Below are positions 51,565 through 62,361 of a stretch of DNA of 64,000 nucleotides, piece by piece. The stretch lies in contig CALSSZ010000008.1 in assembly GCA_943789145.1 (NCBI GenBank), positions 5,433 through 69,432 of the forward strand. The letters run 5' to 3'. The position numbers and the translations under genes were made by a program. The stretch is from an uncultured Pseudomonadales bacterium. GTDB lineage: Bacteria; Pseudomonadota; Gammaproteobacteria; Pseudomonadales; Porticoccaceae. The notes under the pieces were generated by a model. The model did no database searches and was not told where the DNA came from. It saw only the letters and a list, made by a program, of their open reading frames with translations. The first letter of the stretch is position 1; every line of letters begins with the position of its first letter.

Positions 51565-51866
51565 TACAGCTGGTTATCCCCAAGAGGCACTTCCAGAGCA
51601 TTAGAGCCAGTTTTATCCGGCCCGCCCACCATTTCATCATAGGGGCCGGTGTGGCGCAGCACAGTCTCTGTTGCCTTTACCTTGGCCAGAGCTTTTTGCA
51701 GCTCAATCAACTTGTGAGACTTCAGAAAATTGCCGCTGTTATCGGCAATATAGTATTCCTCACCCTCCACCATGGCAGACACCATATACAGGCTTAAATC
51801 TACCGAATGGTAAATCAGTTTGTCGACTACAAAATATTTTTTCTGCTTTGCCAGAGGCATTTTCAT
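51561..51866 (-). CDS. conserved hypothetical protein (101 aa)
   Basis: Clean ORF with ATG. No motif recognised. Confidence 0.5.
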   Translation of the reverse strand: MKMPLAKQKKYFVVDKLIYHSVDLSLYMVSAMVEGEEYYIADNSGNFLKSHKLIELQKALAKVKATETVLRHTGPYDEMVGGPDKTGSNALEVPLGDNQLY

Positions 51867-51894
51867 AGGGCAGGTCCTGATGGGTTATAACGCG

Positions 51895-51918
51895 AAAAGC
51901 CCTCCGAAGAGGGCTTTT
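51895..51918 (-). terminator. possible hairpin terminator downstream of the MAPEG gene
   Basis: AAAGCCCTC-TTCG-GAGGGCTTT (minus strand) followed by a weak T run. Confidence 0.35.
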
Positions 51919-51942
51919 GACTGAAAACACAGCTTCTGGGTT

Positions 51943-52308
51943 TTATACTAGCTGAATTGCCATGTAGACCATACACACCACAGAGGCCACCCAGGAGGCC
52001 GAGCGCAGCATACTGATGCCCAGCAGATACAGCGGGATATAAACAACGCGCAGAACCAGCCAGATCATGGCCGTAGCACCAATATCCACCTGTAACTGCA
52101 TAGCCAGCAGGCAGAGGGCTAAAAACGCCGGTAAGCTGGCCTGCAGATTGGCCGAGGCCCGGCTCGCTCGCTCATAGATAACCGTGGTTTCAACAGTCTC
52201 ATCTCGGCTGGAGAACAACCAGGCAGTATTTTTCAGATTGAGGAACATAGGCAGCAGCCAGATTTGCACCAGGGCCAGTGCCAGGGTGTAGATAATAATA
52301 TCGCTCAT
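51943..52308 (-). CDS. MAPEG family membrane protein
   Basis: 121 aa with 4 TM. Layout and loop RASRASANL resemble the MAPEG family. Assignment is from memory. Confidence 0.6.
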   Translation of the reverse strand: MSDIIIYTLALALVQIWLLPMFLNLKNTAWLFSSRDETVETTVIYERASRASANLQASLPAFLALCLLAMQLQVDIGATAMIWLVLRVVYIPLYLLGISMLRSASWVASVVCMVYMAIQLV

Positions 52309-52449
52309 CGGGGTTTCCTTTTTTATTATTGTTGGTCGATGTATTTAGCTTAACAACAAAATTGCTTCCGTCGTACCCCTTTGGCGTATCTTTAAAACAT
52401 TTATAAGGGTGATAGACTGCTATTATCAATGACAGGCGGCAGAACAGCT

Positions 52450-53418
52450 ATGAGCGAAACAGCAGGTAACAGTTTTAACCAGCCTTTAGGTGGCAACCAG
52501 ATGCCCAGATTTGCGGGTCAGGCGAGCTTCTTTAGATTGCCGGTTCAGGAAGATGCTGCGGGCCTGGATGTGGCGCTGCTGGGTATGCCTGTGGATATAG
52601 GCACCAGCAATCGCCCAGGCACCAGATTTGGTCCCCGGGAGATCAGAACAGAGTCTGTGCTAGTGCGCCCTTATGGCATGGCCACCCAGGCTGCGCCCTT
52701 TGACTCCTTTCAGGTGGCAGATATTGGTGATGTAGCAGTCAATCCCTACAACCTGTTAAAAACCGTAGATGCTATTGAGGCTGCCGTAGATGGAGTTTTA
52801 GCCGCCGGGGCCAAGCCGGTCTCTGTGGGCGGAGACCATACCTGCACCCTGCCAATACTGAGATCCATCGCCAAAGTTCATGGCCCGGTGGCACTGATTC
52901 ATATTGATGCCCATGCCGATATCAATGACGAGATGTTTGGGGAAAAGATTGCCCATGGCACGGTCTTTCGCCGCGCTATCGAAGAGGGGCTAATAGAAAC
53001 CAGCAAGATGTTTCAGATTGGCCTCAGGGCTACCGGCTATGCGGCAGATGATTTCGACTGGTCCAGGGAGCAGGGCGCCACAGTGATTACCGCAGAAGAA
53101 TGCTGGTATAAATCCCTGGCACCATTAATGGATCAGATCCGCGACACCATAGGCCCGGACACGCCCGCTTATTTAACCTTTGATATTGATGGCCTGGACC
53201 CCTCAGTGGCACCTGGTACAGGTACCCCAGAGCCCGGCGGGCTTACAGCCTCTCAGGGGCTGGAGGTAATACGAGGCTGCTTCGGTTTAAATCTGGTGGG
53301 CTGTGATTTGATGGAAGTGTCGCCACCCTACGACACCACAGGCAATACCTCGCTGTTGGCGGCCAATCTGCTCTTTGAAATGCTCTGTAGCCTGCCGGGT
53401 TGTATTCGCCGCAACTAG
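52450..53418 (+). CDS. agmatinase/guanidino-acid hydrolase (arginase family)
   Basis: QPLGGNQMPRF N-terminus (as in guanidinobutyrase-type enzymes), Mn ligand blocks GGDH, DAHADIND and DIDGLDP. Start could be 52429 or 52450. Confidence 0.85.
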   Translation: MSETAGNSFNQPLGGNQMPRFAGQASFFRLPVQEDAAGLDVALLGMPVDIGTSNRPGTRFGPREIRTESVLVRPYGMATQAAPFDSFQVADIGDVAVNPYNLLKTVDAIEAAVDGVLAAGAKPVSVGGDHTCTLPILRSIAKVHGPVALIHIDAHADINDEMFGEKIAHGTVFRRAIEEGLIETSKMFQIGLRATGYAADDFDWSREQGATVITAEECWYKSLAPLMDQIRDTIGPDTPAYLTFDIDGLDPSVAPGTGTPEPGGLTASQGLEVIRGCFGLNLVGCDLMEVSPPYDTTGNTSLLAANLLFEMLCSLPGCIRRN

Positions 53419-55156
53419 TTGGCCTGACAGTGGTGCCGGGGTGCCCTCAAACACCGTGCCCCAGATTTTAATATCTTTTATGCGCTTGGGGCTGACCTTA
53501 TAGGGGTCGGCCTCAAGAATAGTAAAGTCAGCTTTTTTACCCGCCCGTATCGAGCCAATCTCATCTTCATAACCCATCACCCAGGCGGCATTAATGGTAA
53601 TTGCTCGCAGCCCGGCATCCAAACTGACCCGCTCATGCTCACCGGTCAAGTTGCCATTAATGGTGACACGGTTCACCGCTGCAGACACCAGGGTCAGAGG
53701 TTCCAGTGGCGCCATGGGACTGTCCGAGTGGAAAGCAAAGGGCACGCCCAGCCGCTCCAGAGAGCCCAGCCTCACCATCTGATTGCCGCGGTCGGCACCC
53801 AGCCATTGCTCGCTGTAAATATCACTGAGAATAAAATGGTAATAGGGGTTGGCAGACACCACAGCGCCCAGCTCTTTTAGCTGCCGGTTTTGATCTTCCG
53901 TGGTGTAGGCAAAATGCTCCAGAGACAGACGATGGTCTGGTTTGGGGGTATTAGCCTGCAATGTTTTAATCAGCTTGATCAGCCGCGCAGCACTGCCATC
54001 GCCATTGGTATGGGCATGCAACTGATAGCCTGCATCCCAAAATGCCTGGGCCCACTGGGTGGTCACATCCTCGGGCACCATCCACACGCCCTCGTGGCCA
54101 TCGATATAGCCCGGAAAGTCAAATTGGGCCAGCCCACTGTAGATAGCGCCATCCATCATTAGCTTAAACCGCCTGTCGAGCTTTACCCTGTGGCTGTTTT
54201 GTGAGCGCCACTGGTCAATCTCTTTAAAGGCATCTTCTATAGAGACACCGCGGCCTAGAAAATCAGTGATAATGGGGGTTAATATAATTCTTGCCGGAGC
54301 CTGAGCGGTTTCAACAGCATGGCGGATCATGGCTATCTCCCCAGCTGGATCACCAAACACCCCAGTCCCCATATCCAGCGCGGTGGTCACGCCACCCTGA
54401 TGCACCATGCGGATAAAGTTTTGCATGCCCTGGCCAAAGCGCGCTGGCTCAAAGATAAACCCCATCTTGGGTATCAGTGCATACATACCATTTTCAAAGA
54501 AGTGGCCGCGCTTCCCAGCTGGTGAGTGGGTTGGCTTCAAGCTCGGCTTCTGTAACGCCCAGTAAATCCATGGCAGCATCATTGCCAATTAATTCATGGA
54601 ATGAGCGGTGCCACAGCATCACGGGCTTATCCGGAAATAGCTCAGTTAGCTGCTGGCGAAATAACTCGCCGTGCCAGAGCGGGTGATAGCCCCAGGTGAT
54701 AAAGGGGATATTTGGGTTATTGTGCTGGGCAACCAGTTCTTTTAACCGTGCAATATAGGCTTTAGGTGTTGTGGCCCCGGGAAATTTACCCGTAGGCAGG
54801 GACCAGTCATCCGGGGCAATAAATGGAAACTGGGTTAGCACCGCAGGCAGCGAGGGGTGTACATGGGGCTCAATAAAGCCGGGCATTATAATTTTGCCCT
54901 CAAAGCGCCGGTCGATACGGGAGTTTTTTTGCTCCATCCAGCTGCCCAGAGAGTCCAGAGAGCCCACAGCCACAATGCGGCCATCGGCCACAGCTACTGC
55001 AGTGGCTTCGGGTAGAGCGGGTTCCATGGTGATAATCTTTTTAGCGGTATAGATCACCAGATTATCTACCGGTTTTATACCTTTGGGGGTTCCAGACGCC
55101 CAGCACCAGGAGCTGAGTAATAGCCATAGTGTGGCAAGATTAAAAATTGATTTCAT
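53287..55156 (-). pseudogene. secreted metal-dependent amidohydrolase (Amidohydro_3/YtcJ-like), frameshifted
   Basis: N-terminal ORF carries a signal peptide and PGFIEPHVHP. It stops at 54494, and the text continues in another frame as GHFFENGMY.... The junction is near CCC 54514-54516. The 3' end overlaps the convergent agmatinase gene by 132 nt. Confidence 0.75.
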
Positions 55157-55273
55157 TGGGTGGCCCCGTAGATTATTTTTTGTAATTAGACGCCGCATTC
55201 TGATAGCCAAAATAGCCTGTTTTAGCCTAGTATGGCAACTAACAATAATAGCGATATTTAAGAGGAATCAACT

Positions 55274-56380
55274 ATGAAGACCAAAGCCGCCGTTGCATTT
55301 GGAGCAGGAAAGCCCCTAGAAATTGTCGAAGTCGATCTCGATGGCCCCAGAGCCGGAGAAGTTTTAGTTGAGATTAAAGCAACAGGCGTGTGCCATACCG
55401 ACGCATTTACCCTGTCCGGCGATGATCCAGAGGGCGCCTTCCCGGCAATTTTGGGGCACGAGGGTGCAGGTGTGGTGGTTGATGTGGGCCCAGGCGTAAA
55501 AAACCTTAAACCTGGCGACCATGTGATTCCTCTTTACACTGCCGAATGCCGCGAGTGCGATTTCTGCCTCAATCCAAAAACCAATCTATGTCAGGCGGTG
55601 CGTGCCACCCAGGGCCAGGGCGTGATGCCCGATGGCACCAGCAGATTCTCCTTCGAAGGCAAGCCCATCCTCCACTATATGGGCTGCTCCACCTTCTCCA
55701 ATTACACCGTGCTCCCAGAGATTTCCCTGGCCAAGGTGCGTGACGACGCGCCCTTCGACAAGATTTGCTATATCGGCTGCGGTGTCACCACCGGAATTGG
55801 TGCAGTGGCCTTTACTATGAAAGTTGAAGCTGGCTCCACAGTGGCTGTATTTGGTCTTGGGGGTATTGGCCTTAATGTGATTCAGGGCGCCAAAATGGTC
55901 GGCGCTACCAGAATTATTGGTATTGATTTAAACCCGGCTCGTCAGGCTCTAGGCAAGCAGTTTGGTATGACCGACTTTATTAATCCGCGCGATGTGGAAA
56001 ATGTGGTCGACCATATTATTGATATGACAGGCGGCGGTGTGGATTACAGCTTTGAGTGTATTGGCAATGTAGAGGTGATGCGTCAGGCACTGGAATGCTG
56101 CCATAAAGGCTGGGGTGAGAGCTGTATTGTAGGTGTAGCTGGCGCAGGCAAAGAGATTGCAACCCGACCATTCCAGCTGGTGACGGGCCGTTCCTGGCGC
56201 GGCACCGCCTTTGGTGGCGCCCGCGGCCGTACCGATGTGCCCAAGATTGTGGACTGGTATATGGATGGCAAGATCAATATCGATGATCTGATTACCCATA
56301 AGATGCCATTGCAAGATATCAACAAAGCCTTTGATTTAATGCATGCGGGCGAGAGCATTAGATCAGTTGTCGAATTTTAA
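55274..56380 (+). CDS. frmA: S-(hydroxymethyl)glutathione dehydrogenase / class III alcohol dehydrogenase
   Basis: [18 protein letters not shown] and a second Zn Cys cluster CRECDFC. Confidence 0.9.
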   Translation: MKTKAAVAFGAGKPLEIVEVDLDGPRAGEVLVEIKATGVCHTDAFTLSGDDPEGAFPAILGHEGAGVVVDVGPGVKNLKPGDHVIPLYTAECRECDFCLNPKTNLCQAVRATQGQGVMPDGTSRFSFEGKPILHYMGCSTFSNYTVLPEISLAKVRDDAPFDKICYIGCGVTTGIGAVAFTMKVEAGSTVAVFGLGGIGLNVIQGAKMVGATRIIGIDLNPARQALGKQFGMTDFINPRDVENVVDHIIDMTGGGVDYSFECIGNVEVMRQALECCHKGWGESCIVGVAGAGKEIATRPFQLVTGRSWRGTAFGGARGRTDVPKIVDWYMDGKINIDDLITHKMPLQDINKAFDLMHAGESIRSVVEF

Positions 56381-56393
56381 GGCGGAGTTTTAA

Positions 56394-57248
56394 ATGACAG
56401 TTGAACAGATTGGCTCAAACCAGAGCTTTGGTGGCCAGCAGCTGCGCTACAAGCATCAGTCCGCTGTGCTTAATTGCGAGATGACATTCTCGATCTATCT
56501 GCCGCCTCAGGCTGCACAGGGCCCAGTGCCCCTGCTGTACTGGTTATCTGGCCTCACCTGCACAGATGAAAACTTTGTGCAAAAGGCCGGGGCCCAGCAG
56601 CATGCCGCAGAGTATGGCATTGCCATTGTCTGCCCGGATACCAGCCCCAGAGGTGAGGGCGTGGCCGATGACCCTGAGGGTGCCTATGATATGGGTCTGG
56701 GGGCCGGATTCTATGTCAATGCCACAGAGCAGCCCTGGGTCAAGCATTACCAGATGTACAGCTATATAGTCGAAGAACTGCCAGCATTGATTAATAGCCA
56801 GTTCCCCGTGGACAGTGCTAGGGCATCAATTTCAGGGCATTCCATGGGTGGCCATGGCGCGCTAACCATAGCGCTTAAAAACCCGGGCCAGTTTAAATCG
56901 GTATCGGCATTTTCACCCATCTGCTCGCCGTTAAATTGCCCCTGGGGTGATAAGACATTAACCAACTACCTCGGCAGCAACCGCGATACCTGGGCCCAGT
57001 ACGATACCGTAGCTCTGGTAGGTCAGGCCACAGAGCATCTGCCGGTGCTGGTCGATCAGGGTGAAGGAGATAACTTTCTTGAGGAGCAGCTTAAAACGCC
57101 ACTGCTGATTGAGGCGGCAAAAAAGGCCGCTTTCCCTATGGATATTCGCCTGCAGCCGGAATACGACCACAGCTACTTTTTTATTGCTACGTTTATAGGG
57201 GAGCATATCGCATTTCACGCCCGTGCAATGGGGGCTGGCAAGGCATAG
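56394..57248 (+). CDS. fghA: S-formylglutathione hydrolase
   Basis: Esterase D family with GHSMGGHGAL nucleophile elbow. Follows frmA. Confidence 0.9.
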   Translation: MTVEQIGSNQSFGGQQLRYKHQSAVLNCEMTFSIYLPPQAAQGPVPLLYWLSGLTCTDENFVQKAGAQQHAAEYGIAIVCPDTSPRGEGVADDPEGAYDMGLGAGFYVNATEQPWVKHYQMYSYIVEELPALINSQFPVDSARASISGHSMGGHGALTIALKNPGQFKSVSAFSPICSPLNCPWGDKTLTNYLGSNRDTWAQYDTVALVGQATEHLPVLVDQGEGDNFLEEQLKTPLLIEAAKKAAFPMDIRLQPEYDHSYFFIATFIGEHIAFHARAMGAGKA

Positions 57249-57394
57249 AGTAGCGGTCCTTATTAGATAAATAAGAGTCGCTTAGGGCCCGAATTCACAG
57301 GGTTGATGGTGATAGACTGCGGCGCATCAAGAGCGAGCTTTGAGTCTTTAAGGTTAGGGCACAGGAGCCGCTCAGCAACAGGAGTTATTTAGAC

Positions 57395-57883
57395 GTGGAC
57401 ACAGGCGCACAACATACCGCTGATATCAGTCATCTTGTGGCTCAGTTTAAGACTGTGCCCGGCGGTCTATTGCCGCTGCTACATGCCATTCAGGCAGAGC
57501 TGGGCTATGTGCCAGACTCAGTGGTGCCCAGTATTGCCAGCGGTCTTAATCTCTCCCGCGCCGAAGTACATGGCGTAATCAGTTTTTACCATGATTTTAA
57601 GACCCATCCAGTGGGCCGCCATACAGTGCAGATCTGCCGTTCCGAAGCCTGTCAGTCTATGGGCTCAAGGCAGCTGGAAGCCCATGCCAAGGCACTGCTG
57701 GGGGTGGACTACCATGAGACGACCGACGATGGTGCCATTACTCTGGAGCCAGTTTATTGCCTGGGTAACTGTGCCTGCTCACCCTCGGTACGTATTAATA
57801 ATGATATCCATGCCCGTGTGGATGCCGAGCGGTTTGATGATTTGATGGCTGATCTGAGCGCTCCTGCAGGAGAGCCCATATGA
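57395..57883 (+). CDS. fdsG: NAD-dependent formate dehydrogenase gamma subunit (NuoE-like)
   Basis: 2Fe-2S Cys pattern CRSEAC ... CLGNCACSP. GTG start after AGGAG (57380-57384). Confidence 0.85.
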   Translation: MDTGAQHTADISHLVAQFKTVPGGLLPLLHAIQAELGYVPDSVVPSIASGLNLSRAEVHGVISFYHDFKTHPVGRHTVQICRSEACQSMGSRQLEAHAKALLGVDYHETTDDGAITLEPVYCLGNCACSPSVRINNDIHARVDAERFDDLMADLSAPAGEPI

Positions 57884-59488
57884 GCATTTATATCCCTCAG
57901 GATACCACTGCGCTGGCCCTTGGCGCGGAAGCTGTGGCCCGTGCACTGCAGGCCGCTGGTGTCGAGCCAGTGCGCAATGGTTCTCGCGGACTGTTCTGGC
58001 TAGAGCCACTGTTGGAAGTGGACACAGACAATGGCCGTATTGGCTTTGGCCCAGTGGCCAAAAAAGATATCCCTGGTATTCTCGATGCCCTTGAGACCGA
58101 TGCCAGCAGCCATCACCTGTATCTGGGGCTGGTTGAGAAAATTGAATATCTGGCCAGTCAGCAGCGCCTGACCTATGCCCGTGCCGGGCTGGGTGATCCA
58201 GTCTGTCTGGATAACTACCAAGCACTCAATGGTTTTAAAGGGCTCAAAAAAGCCCTCAATATGGATGGTCAGCAGATTGTTGATCAGGTAAAAGACTCCG
58301 GCCTGCGCGGTCGTGGTGGTGCAGCCTTTCCCGCCGGTATTAAATGGCAGACGGTTTTAGACTGCGACTCAGAGCAAAAATATATTGTCTGCAATGCCGA
58401 TGAAGGAGACTCCGGAACCTTTGCCGACCGGCTGGTAATGGAAGCCGATCCGTATCAACTGATCGAAGGCATGATTATCGCCGGTCTGGCAGTGGGCGCC
58501 AATCAGGGCTATATCTATCTGCGCTCCGAATACCCGGTGGCCCATAAGCTATTAAATATTGCCATCGACAGGGCAGTAGAAGCCAATTTCCTCGGTGAGA
58601 ATATTCAGGGCTCCGGCAAAACCTTCCATCTGGAAGTGCGCCTGGGTGCCGGTGCCTATATCTGTGGTGAAGAGACCTCATTGCTGGACAGTCTGGAGGG
58701 CAAGCGCGGCATGGTGCGCGCCAAGCCGCCGTTACCTGCCATTGAAGGCTTATTTGGCAAGCCAACAGTAGTCAACAATGTGCTGACACTGGCTGCAATC
58801 TCAACTATTTTGGAGCAGGGCGCCGAGACCTATCAGAACTTTGGTATGGGTCGATCACGGGGCACCCTGGCGATTCAGCTGGCGGGTAATATTAAACGCG
58901 GCGGTCTGATTGAGCTGGCCTTTGGTGTGACTCTGCGTGAAGTGGTAGAGGACTATGGCCAGGGCACTCACAGCGGTCGCCCTATCCGCGCTATTCAGGT
59001 GGGCGGGCCACTGGGGGCATTTTTGCCCGAGTCCCAGTGGGATACACCTATGGACTACGAAGCTTTTGCCGCGATTAAAGCGATGATTGGCCATGGCGGT
59101 ATAGTGGTGTTTGATGACAGTGCCGATATGGCAGCGCAGGCGAGGTTTGCCTATGGAATTTTGCGTGGTGGAATCCTGCGGTAAATGCACCCCTTGCCGC
59201 ATTGGTTCGGTGCGCGGCGTAGAAGTAATTGACCGTATAGTGGCCAATGAAAACCGCGATGATAATTTAATTTTGTTGCATGAACTGTGCGACACCATGG
59301 AGCTGGGCTCCCTCTGCGCTATGGGTGGTATGACACCGTTCCCGGTGCGCAGTGCGCTGACCCACTTCCAGGAAGATTTTTTTGTGCAAGACGCCGCAGG
59401 CTCTTTATTAAAAGACGCTGAGGGCTCTTTATTACGAGACGCTGAGGGCTCTACCTCACAAAAAGCCGCTAGCCCGGGAGGGAAATAG
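57880..59488 (+). pseudogene. fdsB: NAD-dependent formate dehydrogenase beta subunit (NuoF-like), one frameshift
   Basis: GRGGAAFPAGIKW FMN/NAD region reads in the first frame. MEFCVVESCGKCTPCR (4Fe-4S) reads in the next frame from 59153. The junction reads GCC-T-ATG with an extra T at 59152. Confidence 0.85.
59390..59452 (+). repeat. 24-nt tandem repeat (about 2.6 copies) in the fdsB 3' end
   Basis: gacgccgcaggctctttattaaaa / gacgctgagggctctttattacga / gacgctgagggctct, encoding DAAGSLLK DAEGSLLR DAEGS. Confidence 0.85.
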
Positions 59489-59489
59489 C

Positions 59490-62360
59490 ATGTTGGAATT
59501 CTACGAACCCCAAGCAGATTACGGCACCCCAAAAAGCACCAGCACCGAGCTGGTGACCTTAAGTATTGATGGCGTTGAAGTCACAGTGCCAGCAGGCACC
59601 TCAGTGATGCGCGCCGCTGCCGAGAGCGGTGTAAAAGTGCCGCGCCTCTGTGCCACAGACCAGCTAAAATCCTTTGGCTCCTGCCGCGTTTGCCTAGTTG
59701 AAATTGAAGGCCGCCGTGGTTTCCCCGCCTCCTGCACCACCACCGTAGAAGCAGGCATGGAAGTCAAAACCCAGTCTGATGAAATTGGCAAGCTGCGACG
59801 CAATGTGATGGAGCTGTATATCTCCGATCACCCGCTCGACTGCCTGACCTGTCCAACCAATGGCGACTGCGAACTGCAAGATACCGCCGGAGAACTGGGC
59901 CTGCGTTCTGTGCGCTACGGTTTTGAGGGCGAGAACCATCTGGTGGCTGAGAAAGATGAATCCAACCCTTATTTTACCTTCGACCCCTCCAAATGCATTG
60001 TCTGCTCACGCTGTGTGCGGGCCTGTGAAGAGGTGCAGGGCACCTTTGCCCTGACCATTGATGGTCGTGGTTTTGAATCCAAAGTTAGCGCCAGTCAGGC
60101 GGAAGACTTTATGGATTCTGAATGTGTTTCCTGTGGTGCCTGTGTCAATGCCTGCCCCACCGCAACACTCACCGAAAAAAGCATTATTGAAGCGGGCAAG
60201 CCCGAGCATGCCGTCACCACCACCTGCGCCTACTGCGGCGTGGGCTGTTCGTTTAAAGCCGAGATGAAAGGCAATCAGGTGGTGCGCATGACCCCTTACA
60301 AAGATGGCAAGGCCAATGAAGGCCATGCCTGTGTAAAGGGCCGCTTTGCCTTTGGTTATGCCACCCATAAAGACCGTATTACCGTGCCCATGATTCGCGA
60401 CAGTATTGACGACCCATGGAAAGAAGTGTCTTGGGAAGAGGCAGTGACCTACACCGCTAAACGCTTTAAAGATATTCAGGCCGAGTATGGCCGCAACAGT
60501 ATTGGCGCCATCTCATCCTCAAGATGCACCAATGAAGAAGTGTATCTGGTGCAAAAAATGGTCCGCGCCGGCTTTGGCAATAACAATATCGACACCTGCG
60601 CCCGGGTTTGCCATTCACCCACCGGCTTTGGTTTAAAAACCACCTTGGGTGAATCTGCTGGTACCCAGACCTTTGCCTCAGTCGCCGATGCCGATGTGGT
60701 TGTGGTGATGGGCGCCAACCCCACAGAAGCCCACCCGGTATTTGGCTCGCGACTTAAGCGCCGCCTTCGTGAAGGGGCCAAACTGATTGTGATCGACCCG
60801 CGCAAAATTGAGCTGGTTAGTTCGCCCCATATTACCGCCGACTACCATCTGCCCGTTCGTCCGGGCACCAATGTCACCATTTTAAATGCCTTAGCTCATG
60901 TTGTTGTTAACGAAGGGCTGGAAGCGCGCGCCTATATTGAAGAGCGCTGCGATGTTCCCGAGTTTGAACAATGGCTGGCCTTTATTGGCGACGAGCGCCA
61001 TTCAGCCCAGAGAACACCGAAAGCAATCTACTGGTGTGCCCGCTGCCGACGCTTTGCGCGCCGCGGCACGGCTCTATGCCACCGCCGGCAATGGCGCCAT
61101 CTTCTATGGCCTGGGTGTCACCGAACACAGCCAGGGCTCCACCGCGGTGATGGGCATTGCCAACCTCGCCATGCTGACCGGCAATATTGGTCGCGATGGT
61201 GTTGGCGTAAACCCACTGCGCGGCCAAAATAATGTGCAGGGCTCCTGCGATATGGGTTCATTCCCCCATGAGCTGCCCGGCTACCGCCATATCTCCGACG
61301 GCGCTACCAGAGCCTTATTTGAGGGCGAGTGGGGCGTCACTCTGGATTCAGAGCCTGGCCTGCGTATCCCCAATATGTTTGATGCGGCACTGGATGGCGA
61401 GTTTAAAGGCCTATACTGCCAGGGCGAAGATATAGCCCAGTCCGACCCCAATACCCAGCATGTAGAGGCAGCATTGCGCGCCATGGAATGTTTGGTGGTG
61501 CAGGATATCTTCCTTAACGAGACCGCCAAATTTGCCCATGTATTTTTGCCCGGCGCTTCGTTTTTGGAAAAAGACGGCACCTTTACCAATGCCGAGCGCC
61601 GTATCTCCAGAGTGCGCAAAGCCATGCCACCCCTTAAGCGGCAAAGCCGACTGGGAGGGCACCATGGCCCTGGCCAATGCTCTGGGCTGCGAGATGGACT
61701 ACAGCCACCCCTCAGAGATTATGGATGAGATAGCGCGCCTGACCCCAACCTTTAATGGCGTCTCCTACGCCAAGCTGGACCAGCAGGGCAGCATTCAGTG
61801 GCCCTGTAATGACAACACCCCGGATGGCACGCCGATAATGCATATCGATGAATTTGTGCGGGGCAAAGGCTTCTTTGCCATGACCGAATATGTGCCCTAC
61901 CACCGAGCGCGCCAATCGCAAATTCCCACTGCTGCTTACCACTGGCCGTATTCTGTCTCAGTACAATGTAGGGGCCCAAACCAGACGCACCGACAATAGT
62001 GAATGGCACGGCGAAGACCTGCTGGAAATCCACCCACATGATGCCGAAGAGCGCGGCATTAACCATGGCGATTGGGTCGGCATCAACAGCCGAGTAGGGG
62101 ACACGGTACTGCGTGCCGATGTCACCGAGCGGGTCAAACCTGGCGTGGTGTATACCACCTTCCACCACCCGGTATCCGGCGCCAATGTAATCACCACCGA
62201 CAATAGCGACTGGGCCACCAACTGCCCAGAGTACAAGGTGACCGCGGTGCAACTTAGCAAAGTAACTGAACCCTCCAACTGGCAGGCGCGACAAAAATCC
62301 TTTGATAAGCAGCAGCAAGGCTTGTTACAGCAAGGTTTGTTGCAGGATGCACGGAGTTAG
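59490..62360 (+). pseudogene. fdsA: NAD-dependent formate dehydrogenase alpha subunit (Mo-bisPGD), at least three frameshifts
   Basis: 2Fe-2S and 4Fe-4S Cys clusters, CAYCGVGC, and a Cys-type active site ARVCHSPT (TGC 60609-60611). Conserved text moves through frames 0>1>2>0 at about 61.00-61.03, 61.63 and 61.90 kb. Confidence 0.9.
62316..62345 (+). repeat. 15-nt tandem duplication at the fdsA 3' end
   Basis: caaggcttgttacag / caaggtttgttgcag (13/15 identical), encoding QGLLQ QGLLQ. Confidence 0.8.
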
Positions 62361-62361
62361 G

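Noticed and set aside
52309-52449. Guanidine-type riboswitch upstream of the agmatinase/guanidino-acid hydrolase gene.
   Set aside because: I could not find paired ACGR-loop hairpins or ykkC-like conserved segments by eye. The region looks like a plain AT-rich divergent promoter.
59111-59152. N-terminal part of ORF 59111-59488 (MMTVPIWQRRRGLP) as an independent small gene.
   Set aside because: It is an out-of-frame overlap with the end of the first fdsB fragment. Conserved FdsB text starts only at MEFCVVESCGKC (59153).
57880-62360. Selenocysteine recoding or programmed ribosomal frameshifting as the explanation for the broken formate dehydrogenase genes.
   Set aside because: The breaks are frame changes, not in-frame TGA codons. 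The active-site codon is Cys (TGC 60609-60611). The junctions lack slippery heptamers or downstream structures, and several lie too close together (three frames within 40 nt).
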